DNA of 64,000 bases from an uncultured Anaerolineales bacterium. GTDB lineage: Bacteria > Chloroflexota > Anaerolineae > CG2-30-64-16. Shown piece after piece: positions 1-9,177 of the stretch (positions within the stretch are counted from its first letter, which is position 1; the number at the start of each line of letters is the position of its first letter). Location: contig CAYLZG010000005.1 of assembly GCA_964387985.1 (NCBI GenBank), positions 10,737 to 74,736 on the forward strand. The letters are read 5' to 3'. Below the pieces are notes generated by a model. That model ran no database searches. It saw only the letters and a program-made list of their open reading frames with translations, and was not told the DNA's origin. Both the position numbers and the translations under genes were made by a program.

Positions 1-159
1 AAGGATGGTACATTTGCCAAGGACTGGACACTCGAACAGCAGGCCGGCTATCCCATCCTCAACCGCGTCTACCAGCAGAACATGGCCCATCCGATGACGG
101 AGTTAGAGAGGCAACTCCTGCAGGCGATGAGACTGTGGCGCGGCGACGAGTCTGACTGA
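1..159 (+). CDS. 3' end of an upstream CDS (partial; unknown product)
   Basis: Open frame from position 1 (KDGTFAKDWTLEQQAGYPILNRVYQQNMAHPMTELERQLLQAMRLWRGDESD) ending at TGA 157-159; no family recognised. Confidence 0.3.
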   Translation, partial: KDGTFAKDWTLEQQAGYPILNRVYQQNMAHPMTELERQLLQAMRLWRGDESD

Positions 160-178
160 CGTCTGACAAGAAATACCG

Positions 179-1066
179 ATGCTCAAGTCACTCAGTCTGC
201 GCATGTTTCCGCCCGAGATGCCGACGCGCCAGCGGATCGAGTTGGCCGCGGACGCGGGTTACCAGGGCGTCGAGGTCAACCTGGAACCGTGGCAGGAGTT
301 CTCCCTGGCGTCAAGCGATGCCGCACTGACCGGCTTGCGGCGAATGATCGAGGATAACGGTCTGTGCGTCAGCGCCGTCTACGACCGAGAGCAGTGGCAC
401 TTTCCCATGTCGAGTGTACATCCGGCGACTCGTGATCGCTGCCGCGCCATCATCGCCGGACTTGCGCGCGCTGCGGTTCTGTTAGGGACAGACACTGTTC
501 TCGTGATGCCAGGTGCGGTTGATAACAGCATCCTCGCTCCACAACCCGAAATTACGTCGTATGATGTCGCCTACCGCAACGCGCAGGCTACATTACATGA
601 GCTGGCGCAGACGGCAGCAGCCGAGTACGACATCTACCTGGCAGCGGAGAACTGCCCAAGCAAGTTCCTGCTTAGTCCGCTAGAGTTCGCACGTTTTCTC
701 GACGAAATACGCAGCCCGCGCGTGGTCGCATACTTCGATATCGGCAACGTCCTGGCATACGGTTATCCCGAGCAGTGGATTGCCATCCTGGGTGCCCGGC
801 CGCACGGCCGCATCCACCGTGTACACTTCAAAGACATACGAGTGACACCGGATGGTGCGCCATGCGCCACACCGCTTCTGGCAGGCGATGTTAACTGGAC
901 CGCGGTCATGGCCGTGCTGTCCGCCGCCGGGTATGCCGGCTGGGCCACGGCAGAAGTCTTTCCACATTACCGCTACGCCGGAGAACGACTGATCTTCGAT
1001 ACGAGCTCGGCACTCGATGCCCTTTTCGGCCTGATGCCCGCCGCTACCAGCAGGGGAGGCGTATGA
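179..1066 (+). CDS. sugar phosphate isomerase/epimerase (xylose-isomerase-like TIM barrel)
   Basis: 295-aa ORF; AYFDIGNV and HFKD motifs typical of the AP-endonuclease-2/xylose-isomerase-like TIM-barrel family; stop overlaps next ATG (ATGA at 1063). Confidence 0.7.
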   Translation: MLKSLSLRMFPPEMPTRQRIELAADAGYQGVEVNLEPWQEFSLASSDAALTGLRRMIEDNGLCVSAVYDREQWHFPMSSVHPATRDRCRAIIAGLARAAVLLGTDTVLVMPGAVDNSILAPQPEITSYDVAYRNAQATLHELAQTAAAEYDIYLAAENCPSKFLLSPLEFARFLDEIRSPRVVAYFDIGNVLAYGYPEQWIAILGARPHGRIHRVHFKDIRVTPDGAPCATPLLAGDVNWTAVMAVLSAAGYAGWATAEVFPHYRYAGERLIFDTSSALDALFGLMPAATSRGGV

Positions 1067-2127
1067 AACAAGCTGAAGCCCTGCTGGCACGCCACCTCGC
1101 CTTCTGGCAGCGCACTCCGGTGGACCGACCGCTCCTGTCGCTGCCCGACCCTTTTCCTTGGCCGCCACTGCAGATGCCTGTGCCGGCCGGGCTGAAATTG
1201 CCGCCGGAAGGCTATCTGGCCCCGGACATGCTCGATCCTGCAACATATCATCAGCAGATGACTGAACGCTGGCGGGGACTTGGCGCGACGGATGGTGACC
1301 AATTCCGCGTCATGACGGCCTACTGGCATGTACCCTGGCTGGAAGCCATCTGCGGCTGCCCTATATGGTATGTGCAGGACAGCGGTACGATGTACGCGGA
1401 GCAGCCGCCAGGCGGGTGGGATGCGGTCGGCAGCGCGCGCCCGCGGCCCGACAACCCCTGGTTGCGCAAGCTGCGCGAGTTTTATGTCGCCATGGTGGAG
1501 CTGTACCGCAAGGAATATCCCCTCGGCGTCGCGATGCCGATGCGAGGGCCCATTGACTTGCTGGCCGCCCTGGTCGGGGTCGAGCGCATGTGTTTTGCCT
1601 TTGCTGAGAGCCCACACCTGAGCAAGGAGGCCCTCACCATCCTGACAGATATCTGGATCACGGTAGTTGGAGCGCAGATCGCCCTCCTGCCGCCGTTCGC
1701 AGGAGGCATGGCGAGTTGCGAACAGTTTGGGTTATGGGCCCCAGGTTCGACAGCAGTAACACAATGCGACCTGGCAGTAGCGATCTCGGTGCGCACCTAT
1801 GAACGGTTCCTTGCGCCCTGCGATGAACGGATCTGCGCCAGCTTGGACTACCCGATCATGCACCTGCACTCGGCTGGCCTGCACGTACTTCCGCCTGTGC
1901 TCGCGCTGTCTCGCCTGGCAGCAGTCCAGGTAGTTGTCGATCCAGGTGTGCACGATCCAAGCATAGCGGCACTCATTCCGGCGTTCGAACGCGTGCAGGC
2001 GGCAGGAAAACCATTGATCATCCACGCCAGCACGCTTACACGGCATGAACTGGACAATCTGCTGCACGCGCTGTCGCCGAATGGACTCTGCATCCGTGCG
2101 ACCATCTTGGATGAGCCTGAGCCTTGA
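1063..2127 (+). CDS. uroporphyrinogen-decarboxylase (URO-D)-like family protein, divergent
   Basis: 354-aa ORF translationally coupled to the isomerase; central RGPIDLLAALVGVE segment resembles the URO-D/MtaA family RGPFT..L.G.E motif; weaker than the two downstream paralogs. Confidence 0.45.
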   Translation: MKQAEALLARHLAFWQRTPVDRPLLSLPDPFPWPPLQMPVPAGLKLPPEGYLAPDMLDPATYHQQMTERWRGLGATDGDQFRVMTAYWHVPWLEAICGCPIWYVQDSGTMYAEQPPGGWDAVGSARPRPDNPWLRKLREFYVAMVELYRKEYPLGVAMPMRGPIDLLAALVGVERMCFAFAESPHLSKEALTILTDIWITVVGAQIALLPPFAGGMASCEQFGLWAPGSTAVTQCDLAVAISVRTYERFLAPCDERICASLDYPIMHLHSAGLHVLPPVLALSRLAAVQVVVDPGVHDPSIAALIPAFERVQAAGKPLIIHASTLTRHELDNLLHALSPNGLCIRATILDEPEP

Positions 2128-2142
2128 CCAGAGGAGGAACAC

Positions 2143-3270
2143 ATGCTCCCGAAAGAAAGAGTCATCGCAGCTCTGGAATTCCACACCCCGGATCGAATCC
2201 CGGTTGGCGAGACAGGCGTTGACTACACCATCACCGAACAGGCACTGGGCCGGCCGACACTCTACAGGGGCAAATGGAAAGAATATACGGCGCTCTGGGA
2301 GGGTCGTCGCGACGAATATGTCGCATCATGCAAACGCGACATCCCTGAGCTTGCTCGCAAATTCGAACACGACATCGTGCCCGCTTTCCTGGTTCCCTCA
2401 CGCCTCAAGCCGCCCATTGCGCCGGAGGCTTTCCTCGGTCCCTATAAGTGGCGCATGCCGGATGACCGCGTGTATGCCTATTCGCCCGAAAGCGAAGGCC
2501 ACCAGTTCCTCCTTTCCAATCCGGACTATCAACTCGAAGACATTCAAGAGATTCCTTTGGATTTCGATGAGTCGCAGCTGGAGTTGGTCCGCCACATCGT
2601 GAAGGAAATGGGCGGCACTCACTTTATCCTGGGACGGCCCGGCGACGGCATCTTCCCGCTCATGCGCTACACGCTCGAATACATGCTCACCGCCATGATC
2701 GAACGGCCCGAACTCATCCGGCGCATCGTGGAAGTCGAGACGCGCTATTGCATTGCGGTCAGCGAAATATTGCTGGACGCCGGGTGCGATGCAGTGCTGC
2801 CGACCAGTGACATCGCCAGTAATCAGGCGCCATTCATGTCCCCCCGCATGTTTCGCGAGTTTCTGTTGCCCTGGCTCAAGGCTGAATGCGATGCTGTCCA
2901 CGCGATGGGCGGATACTTCATCAAACACACGGACGGCAATATCTGGTCAATTCTGGACATGATGATCGAGGCAGGCATCGACGGCTGGCAGGGCATCCAG
3001 CCGCGTATCGGCATGACGCTGCCGCGGCTCCAGGAGCACTATGGCGGGAAGCTGTGCTTTTGGGGTGGCGTAGATGTCGATACGCTTGTGGCAGGCACCG
3101 AGGAAGAGGTCGCGGAGGAAGTGCGCGTGGCATTCGATTGCGCGCCGCGGGCAGGCGGCCTGGTACTCACCTGCGGTAACAGTGTCATGGTTGGCGTGAA
3201 GTACATCAATTACATGGCAATGCTGGCCGCGGCCAGGCAGTTATCGGCTACGAAGTCGCAGACACGTTAG
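2143..3270 (+). CDS. uroporphyrinogen decarboxylase (URO-D/MtaA-like) family protein
   Basis: 375-aa ORF; N-terminal RVIAALEFHTPDRIPV... and overall length are typical of URO-D family methyltransferase/decarboxylase folds; GGAGG RBS. Confidence 0.6.
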   Translation: MLPKERVIAALEFHTPDRIPVGETGVDYTITEQALGRPTLYRGKWKEYTALWEGRRDEYVASCKRDIPELARKFEHDIVPAFLVPSRLKPPIAPEAFLGPYKWRMPDDRVYAYSPESEGHQFLLSNPDYQLEDIQEIPLDFDESQLELVRHIVKEMGGTHFILGRPGDGIFPLMRYTLEYMLTAMIERPELIRRIVEVETRYCIAVSEILLDAGCDAVLPTSDIASNQAPFMSPRMFREFLLPWLKAECDAVHAMGGYFIKHTDGNIWSILDMMIEAGIDGWQGIQPRIGMTLPRLQEHYGGKLCFWGGVDVDTLVAGTEEEVAEEVRVAFDCAPRAGGLVLTCGNSVMVGVKYINYMAMLAAARQLSATKSQTR

Positions 3271-3282
3271 AAGGAGGTAGAC

Positions 3283-4431
3283 ATGCTAAGGCCCCGCGAG
3301 CGCGTGCTCTGTGCGCTGAACCACGAGGAGCCGGACCGGGTCCCGATCTTCTTTGGCACGTCCGGCGTCACTACCATGCTCGCACCTGCCTATGACCGCC
3401 TGAAGACTTACCTCGGAATAAGCGCAGAAACACGGGTTTTCTGGCGCGCGCTGCAGTACAGCTTGTTAGATGAAGAGGTTATGGTGCGCTTCCGGTCTGA
3501 CGGGAGGCCCTTGATCGCCGGGGCCGCACCGGCAAGCCACCCGGATGCCGGCCGTGAATTAACTACCAACCGATTCGTAGACGGTTGGGGCATCACCTGG
3601 GAACTGCGACCCGGCAACGCCTACTATGAGATTGTGGACCCTCCGCTTGCCAGCGCCACCGTTGATGATCTTGCAACCTACCCGTGGCCCGAACTCGGAC
3701 ATCCGTCCCGCTTCACCGGGTTGAAGGCGCGGGCACAAGCGATTCAGCAGGCAGGCTATGCTGTCGTCGCGCTCAGCGGCATCTCGCCGTTCGAGTATGC
3801 CTACATGCTGTGCGGTGTCGAAAGATGGTTCCGAGACATGGCGGGCGATCCCGAATTTGCTGCCGCGCTACTGCGCAAGCTGACCGACCTGATGCTGGCC
3901 GGGACACGCGGCCTGCTGGCAGAAGCGGGCGAACACATCGACGTCATCGTGACCGGTGATGACCTGGGCGGGCAAACTGCACCGTTGATCTCTCCGCGCA
4001 TGTACCGTCGGCTGGTAAAACCGCTGCATGCAGAGCTCCTGAGCGATATCAAGCAGCGCAGCCAGGCGAAAATCTTCTATCACTCCGACGGCAACGTCTA
4101 TGCCCTGTTAAATGACCTGATCGACATCGGCGTGGATGTTCTGAATCCGGTCCAGGTCTCGGCGGGCGACATGGGCGACACCGCCAGGCTGAAACGCGAG
4201 TTTGGCGACCGGCTGTCGTTCTGCGGCGCGATTGATACGCACACGGTCCTGCCTCGTGGCACGACAGATGAGGTGCGGGGCGAGGTTCGCCGTCGCATCC
4301 GCGACCTCGCGCCCGGGGGCGGGTATATCCTGGCACCCGTCCATTGTATCCAGCCGGACGTGCCGCCGGAGAACGTGATTGCGATGTTCGATGAAGCAGA
4401 GATGGCGGGCCGGTATCCACTGGCGCTGTAA
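3283..4431 (+). CDS. uroporphyrinogen decarboxylase (URO-D/MtaA-like) family protein
   Basis: 382-aa ORF, paralogous to 2143-3270 (RVLCALNHEEPDRVPIFFG...); GAAGGAGG RBS. Confidence 0.6.
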   Translation: MLRPRERVLCALNHEEPDRVPIFFGTSGVTTMLAPAYDRLKTYLGISAETRVFWRALQYSLLDEEVMVRFRSDGRPLIAGAAPASHPDAGRELTTNRFVDGWGITWELRPGNAYYEIVDPPLASATVDDLATYPWPELGHPSRFTGLKARAQAIQQAGYAVVALSGISPFEYAYMLCGVERWFRDMAGDPEFAAALLRKLTDLMLAGTRGLLAEAGEHIDVIVTGDDLGGQTAPLISPRMYRRLVKPLHAELLSDIKQRSQAKIFYHSDGNVYALLNDLIDIGVDVLNPVQVSAGDMGDTARLKREFGDRLSFCGAIDTHTVLPRGTTDEVRGEVRRRIRDLAPGGGYILAPVHCIQPDVPPENVIAMFDEAEMAGRYPLAL

Positions 4432-4450
4432 CGCGACAAACGGAGGCAGC

Positions 4451-6436
4451 ATGAAACCGAACAATCCCATGAATACGATGCGGCAGTGGATTGCGGGGCA
4501 CTACGCCAGCGAACAGCCGCCCTTCTCTTTCAGCTACGACGGCAATCCTATCGCGCAGCTGTTGCACATCTGGCAGTTCGAGGTCGCTGAGCGACGGCTG
4601 GATGACCGCCGCACAGAACATCGGTTGGTCTTCACAGACCCCACAACGGGGCTGGAAGTACGTCTCTTGGCCGTCCAGTACCATGACTTTCCGGTGGTGG
4701 AGTGGACGGTCTACCTCAAGAATACCGGCCGTATGGCCACGCCGATCTTGACCGACATCCAGGCCATCGACGCGACCTTTGTCGCTGGCGAGCAGGTCAG
4801 GCTCCATCATCACAAAGGCGACACCTGCACGCCGGATAGTTATCAGCCGCTCGTCACGCAGCTTGACGTCGGCGCGTCGGTGCACCTCGTGCCAACCGGC
4901 GGCCGGCCCACGCAGACCGGCTTTCCTTATTTCAATATCGAGCGCACGGGGGAGGCTCCTGGCGGTGTGATCGTCGTCCTCGGCTGGCCGGGGCAATGGG
5001 CCATTGAATTCAGCCGTACTGCGCATGGAGCAGTCTGTGCGCGTGGGGGACAGGAGACAACCCACTTCCGGCTGCAACCGGGAGAGGAAGCACGCACTCC
5101 GCGCGTAGTCCTGATGTTTTGGGAGGGTGATCGCAGCGAAGCGCAGAACATCTGGCGGCGCTGGATGTTGGCGCATAACACACCGAAACTCGTGGATGGG
5201 CCTGTACCGCCGCTGCTGACCGCTTGTGCAGGGGGCTTCTTTGAAGGGCTCAGGTGCAACGAGATCGATGAAATGCGCTTCATCGATGCGTACAAGGCCC
5301 ACGACATGCCGCTCGACTTCTGGTGGATGGATGCCGGCTGGTATCCCTGCCGCACTTGGACCGAAACTGGAACCTGGGAAGTGGATCGCGAGCGCTTCCC
5401 GCGCGGGCTGCGCTCGATCAGTGATCATGCGCACGAACAGGGGATGGGGCTAATCCTGTGGTTCGAACCGGAACGGGTCGCGCCGAATACGTGGCTGGCC
5501 CGAAAGCCGGAATGGCTCTTGCGCACAGGCGAAGGAGCCGACTTGCCGGAGTGGACGCAGAAGTGGCGCCTGCTGGACCTTGGCAACGACGAGGCGCGCA
5601 TTTGGCTGGTAGAGCACGTGGATCGATTGATGGTCGCAGAGGGTGTAGACCTGTACCGGCAGGACTTCAATATCGATCCGCTGCCCTTCTGGCGCCACGC
5701 CGATGCCGACGATCGGCAGGGACTCGCGGAAATACGCTATGTGACGGGCTATCTGGCATACTGGGACGAATTGATCCGCCGGCATCCCGGCATGCTCATC
5801 GATTCCTGCGCCTCAGGCGGACGGCGCAACGACATCGAAACGCTGCGGCGCGCAGTCCCTCTGCTGCGCAGCGACTACCAATCGTTCGCAGGTGACCCGG
5901 CCTATGCGACGGGCAACCAGGGGCATACCTATGCGCTGGCCTCGTGGATTCCTTACTTCGGACAGGGCGTCTATTTCAACCTCCGGGACTTCGCCTACTC
6001 GGCCCGCAGCTCATTGTCGCCCGGATTCGGCATTGCCGTTGACGTGCGGCGTGAGGATATCGATTGGGTCGCAGTGCGCCAGGCGGCCGACGAATGGCTG
6101 CGAGCCGCGCCGTATATGCTGAGCGATTTCTATCCTCTCACAGCCTACACGCTGGATGAAAGCGCCTGGATTGCTTGGCAGTTCCACGATCCGGTAACCG
6201 GTTCCGGCATGGTGCAGGCGTTCCGCCGGAAGGACGCCCCCACCGAAAGGGCTTGCTTCCCCCTACGCGACCTGGCAGCAGAAGCTCAGTATTCAGTGAC
6301 CGGCGTTGACGAGGGAGACCCGGTCGAGTACAGCGGACAGACTTTGGCACAACAGGGCTTGCCCGTCACCCTCAACACCAGGCCTGCTGCTGCCATCCTT
6401 CTCTATAAGCGTACAGCGCAAGGAGCAAGCGAATGA
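4451..6436 (+). CDS. glycoside hydrolase, divergent GH36-like (clan GH-D) family
   Basis: Start at ATG 4451 (GGAGG RBS) within ORF 4379-6436; motifs DFWWMDAGWY and CASGGRRNDIETLRRAVPLLRSDY parallel the GH36 ..DDGWF.. and CSGGGGR signatures; paralogs at 27798-29819 and 31133-33274. Confidence 0.6.
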   Translation: MKPNNPMNTMRQWIAGHYASEQPPFSFSYDGNPIAQLLHIWQFEVAERRLDDRRTEHRLVFTDPTTGLEVRLLAVQYHDFPVVEWTVYLKNTGRMATPILTDIQAIDATFVAGEQVRLHHHKGDTCTPDSYQPLVTQLDVGASVHLVPTGGRPTQTGFPYFNIERTGEAPGGVIVVLGWPGQWAIEFSRTAHGAVCARGGQETTHFRLQPGEEARTPRVVLMFWEGDRSEAQNIWRRWMLAHNTPKLVDGPVPPLLTACAGGFFEGLRCNEIDEMRFIDAYKAHDMPLDFWWMDAGWYPCRTWTETGTWEVDRERFPRGLRSISDHAHEQGMGLILWFEPERVAPNTWLARKPEWLLRTGEGADLPEWTQKWRLLDLGNDEARIWLVEHVDRLMVAEGVDLYRQDFNIDPLPFWRHADADDRQGLAEIRYVTGYLAYWDELIRRHPGMLIDSCASGGRRNDIETLRRAVPLLRSDYQSFAGDPAYATGNQGHTYALASWIPYFGQGVYFNLRDFAYSARSSLSPGFGIAVDVRREDIDWVAVRQAADEWLRAAPYMLSDFYPLTAYTLDESAWIAWQFHDPVTGSGMVQAFRRKDAPTERACFPLRDLAAEAQYSVTGVDEGDPVEYSGQTLAQQGLPVTLNTRPAAAILLYKRTAQGASE

Positions 6437-6930
6437 TTGTATCAGACCTGGAGCACATCGCGGGACAGACCGTGAGCACACGCCTGTTGAGCCTGGCCCT
6501 TGACTTTCTCAGACAGACCGAAGGCCAGAATCTGGACGATGGCCGCGTCACCATTGACGGCGACCTGGTTTATGCCCTGGTCCAATCCTACCAGACTGAG
6601 CCACTACCCTCCGGCAGCAGCCCGCGCCTCGAAACGCATCGCAAGTACATCGATATCCAGTATGTAGTCAGCGGCAGTGAAGCACTCGGCTGGACGCCAC
6701 TTGAGCAGCTCAGCGTAACGACACCGTATGATGCGGCGAAGGATGTGGAGTTTGGGTCGGCACCGCCTGCTGCCGTAACGCTTGTCCGGCTCACTGCCGG
6801 TCAGATGGCCGTGCTCTGGCCTGAAGATGCGCATGCACCCCGGCTGGCAGCGGCCATCGGGGACAAGCCTGCCCAGCCAACCGATGTGAAAAAGATCGTT
6901 GTTAAGGTTTTGCATGGTTTCAATCAGTGA
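6433..6930 (+). CDS. YhcH/YjgK/YiaL (DUF386, EbgC-like) family protein
   Basis: 165-aa ORF; ATGA overlap with GH36-like stop; size and sequence fit the beta-galactosidase-subunit-beta/TabA-like cupin family. Confidence 0.55.
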   Translation: MIVSDLEHIAGQTVSTRLLSLALDFLRQTEGQNLDDGRVTIDGDLVYALVQSYQTEPLPSGSSPRLETHRKYIDIQYVVSGSEALGWTPLEQLSVTTPYDAAKDVEFGSAPPAAVTLVRLTAGQMAVLWPEDAHAPRLAAAIGDKPAQPTDVKKIVVKVLHGFNQ

Positions 6931-6948
6931 CAAGACGCACAAGCTTCC

Positions 6949-6991
6949 TTGACACGAAAAAGGTCTTCTGTTACACTTGGGGTGATAACAG
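6949..6991 (+). promoter_or_regulatory. putative sigma70-type promoter (TTGACA-N17-TACACT) overlapped by a GntR-type palindrome CTGTTACAC..GTGATAACAG
   Basis: TTGACA at 6949-6954, 17-nt spacer, TACACT at 6972-6977; inverted repeat CTGTTA/TAACAG at 6968-6991 matches the GT-N-AC core of FadR-type GntR operators; lies ~60 bp upstream of GntR gene 7050. Confidence 0.35.
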
Positions 6992-7049
6992 TTAACAATC
7001 TGCCATCAAGTTGATTTGTGCAGGAATATGAGATCTATGCAGCAAACTA

Positions 7050-7748
7050 TTGTCGAGCTTCGTCATCATGTCAGTTGAACATCTCGAATCGCTTGCTCCA
7101 TCACCCAGGCTGGCGATGGCGGACGAAATCGTCGTTCGGCTCCGCGCGGCGATTGCCAATGGGACCTTGCCACCAGAAGAACCCCTGCGGGAGTCTGCAC
7201 TTGCCGCGATCCTGGGAGTCAGCCGGGGGCCTGTACGCGAGGCCCTTGGCCGCCTCGAACTCGAAGGCCTGGTCGTCATGCGACCCAACCGCAGTGCACT
7301 GGTGGCGCGCATGGCGCGCACGGATGTAGAAGAGGTCTACAGCCTGCGAGCAGTCCTAGAGCCGCTGGCCATCCGCCGCATATGCTGCGCCCCCGATCCC
7401 GCTCACATTGCGGAACTACAAGCAATCGTAGACGGGATGTGCGCAGCTCCCGGCGTTATCTTGAGCGCACCTGAGGCAGCCACGCTTGACCTGCGCTTTC
7501 ACGATGGACTATTCAGAGGCAGCGGACACAAACGGCTGATCAACTTCTGGAACCACCTGAAGCCTCAAATCTACATCTTCCTGTTGAACCGCAATACTGC
7601 CAATCCTGACTTTGCCGAACTGCTGGCCCTCGGGCACCAGGAGATTATTGACGCGCTTGCAGCCGGCGTGGACTCTCGTGCTGTCGAGGTCGTCAACAGG
7701 CATCTGGAGGCAGGCTACCAGCGCGTACTGGTGGCATACACACCTTGA
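7050..7748 (+). CDS. GntR family transcriptional regulator (FadR/FCD subfamily)
   Basis: 232-aa ORF; N-terminal winged HTH (LPPEEPLRESALAAILGVSRGPVREALGRLELEGLV) and C-terminal FCD-like helical domain; true start may be an internal Met (7071 or 7113). Confidence 0.75.
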   Translation: MSSFVIMSVEHLESLAPSPRLAMADEIVVRLRAAIANGTLPPEEPLRESALAAILGVSRGPVREALGRLELEGLVVMRPNRSALVARMARTDVEEVYSLRAVLEPLAIRRICCAPDPAHIAELQAIVDGMCAAPGVILSAPEAATLDLRFHDGLFRGSGHKRLINFWNHLKPQIYIFLLNRNTANPDFAELLALGHQEIIDALAAGVDSRAVEVVNRHLEAGYQRVLVAYTP

Positions 7749-7831
7749 GCATCCGACAACCGGTGCCAGCCACTGCTTGAACGCTAATGTGATCTCACCG
7801 CTAACCACAACCTTATAGGGGAGGGGACTGA

Positions 7832-8716
7832 ATGAGACTGGTAACTTTTGTCCATGATGGGATAACCCGGGCCGGTGTGCTGAACTCGGACGGGACGAGC
7901 GTATGCGACCTGCACGCCTGCAACGCACGTCTGCCAACTGACTTGCTGGCATTACTGCAGGGTGGTGAGGCACTGCTGAACCTCGCGGCACAGGTCTCAG
8001 CTAAGGTTAGGGGCCTGGGCACCTATGCCCTGGCAGATGTCACGCTCAAAGCGCCTCTGCCTCGACCAGGCAAGATCGTCTGCATCGGTCAGAATTACCT
8101 CGAACACGCCAAAGAGTCGAATGCTTCACGTCCGCCGTTCCCGATCATCTTCGCCAAGTACGCCAACTCGGTAATCGCACATGGTGAACCCATTGTGGTC
8201 CCAGCCGCAGTCGAAAAGCCTGACTACGAAGGCGAACTGGCAGTCGTCATCGGTCGGCAAGCGCGCAATGTGCCGGAGGCCGAAGCCCTGACTTATGTGG
8301 TTGGTTACATGCCGCTCAACGACGTTAGCGCGCGCGACTGGCAGAACCGGACCAGCCAATGGGTGCTCGGCAAGACCGTGGATACCTTCTGCCCAATGGG
8401 GCCTGCCCTGGTGACGGCTGACGAGGTGGCCGACCCGCAGGACCTGCACCTGCGCACGGTCATCCGGTCGGCCGGTGCCACAGACGACGAAGTGCTGCAA
8501 AGCGGCTACACTGGGGATATGATCTTCTCAGTGGCACACCTGATTGCCGATATGACACGGGTGATGACCCTCGAACCCGGCGATGTCATCGCGACCGGCA
8601 CCCCCTCCGGCATCGGCGCCGCTCGAACGCCCCCGCGCTGGCTGCGGGCCGGCGATGTTGTACGCGTGGAAATCGACGGCATCGGAACCCTGGCCAATCC
8701 GGTCATCTGTGAGTAG
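7832..8716 (+). CDS. fumarylacetoacetate hydrolase (FAH) family protein (2-keto-3-deoxy-acid dehydratase/hydratase-like)
   Basis: 294-aa ORF; KIVCIGQNYLEHAKE and PIIFAKYANSV motifs characteristic of FAH/HpcE/KdaD family; strong GGGGAGGGG RBS. Confidence 0.75.
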   Translation: MRLVTFVHDGITRAGVLNSDGTSVCDLHACNARLPTDLLALLQGGEALLNLAAQVSAKVRGLGTYALADVTLKAPLPRPGKIVCIGQNYLEHAKESNASRPPFPIIFAKYANSVIAHGEPIVVPAAVEKPDYEGELAVVIGRQARNVPEAEALTYVVGYMPLNDVSARDWQNRTSQWVLGKTVDTFCPMGPALVTADEVADPQDLHLRTVIRSAGATDDEVLQSGYTGDMIFSVAHLIADMTRVMTLEPGDVIATGTPSGIGAARTPPRWLRAGDVVRVEIDGIGTLANPVICE

Positions 8717-8721
8717 GCACG

Positions 8722-9153
8722 GTGGCCGCTGACCCCGCGCGCCCACGCACAACCATTTCCTGGGACAGGGAACGGTGCAGTAATTGCCTGTTGTGCGTCA
8801 TCGTCTGTGCGGAGCGACACACCGGCACCCCGGCCCGCGCCCGGATTCAGCTGCAGGTAAACCCCCTGACAGGATCATTCGAAGCATCCTACTGTCATCA
8901 GTGCGCAGAACCTGTCTGCGTCGCAGCCTGCCCTGTGGGGGCGATCCGGTTCGACGTAGCGCTCGGCGCCTGGCTAATAGACGAGGAGTTGTGCATCGGC
9001 TGTGGAGAATGTGAGGCCGCGTGTACCTGGGGAGCAATCCGAGTCGATGCGGTAACCGGACTGGCCTCGAAATGCGACCTGTGTCTGGGCACGGCACGCT
9101 GCGTCGAGGTTTGCCCTACGATGGCGCTCCACATCGGTGAGGTCAGCGAGTGA
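8722..9153 (+). CDS. 4Fe-4S dicluster ferredoxin-domain protein
   Basis: 143-aa ORF with several CxxCxxCxxxCP cluster motifs (CSNCLLCVIVCAE, CIGCGECEAAC, CDLCLGTARCVEVCP). Confidence 0.7.
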   Translation: MAADPARPRTTISWDRERCSNCLLCVIVCAERHTGTPARARIQLQVNPLTGSFEASYCHQCAEPVCVAACPVGAIRFDVALGAWLIDEELCIGCGECEAACTWGAIRVDAVTGLASKCDLCLGTARCVEVCPTMALHIGEVSE

Positions 9154-9177
9154 CGACGCAACTTGTGAGGTGAGCTC

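Noticed and set aside
1328-1621. Short internal overlapping ORFs (60-150 aa) throughout the window
   Set aside because: Embedded in alternate frames of well-supported genes, without RBSs. Treated as frame noise.
4049-5434. 461-aa antisense ORF opposite the GH36-like gene (and similar long reverse-frame ORFs at 18138-19496, 52387-54165, 20790-21407, 57364-58101)
   Set aside because: High GC makes long stop-free antisense frames common. All overlap sense genes with clear family motifs and RBSs, and have Arg/Pro/Ala-rich low-complexity translations typical of spurious GC-rich ORFs.
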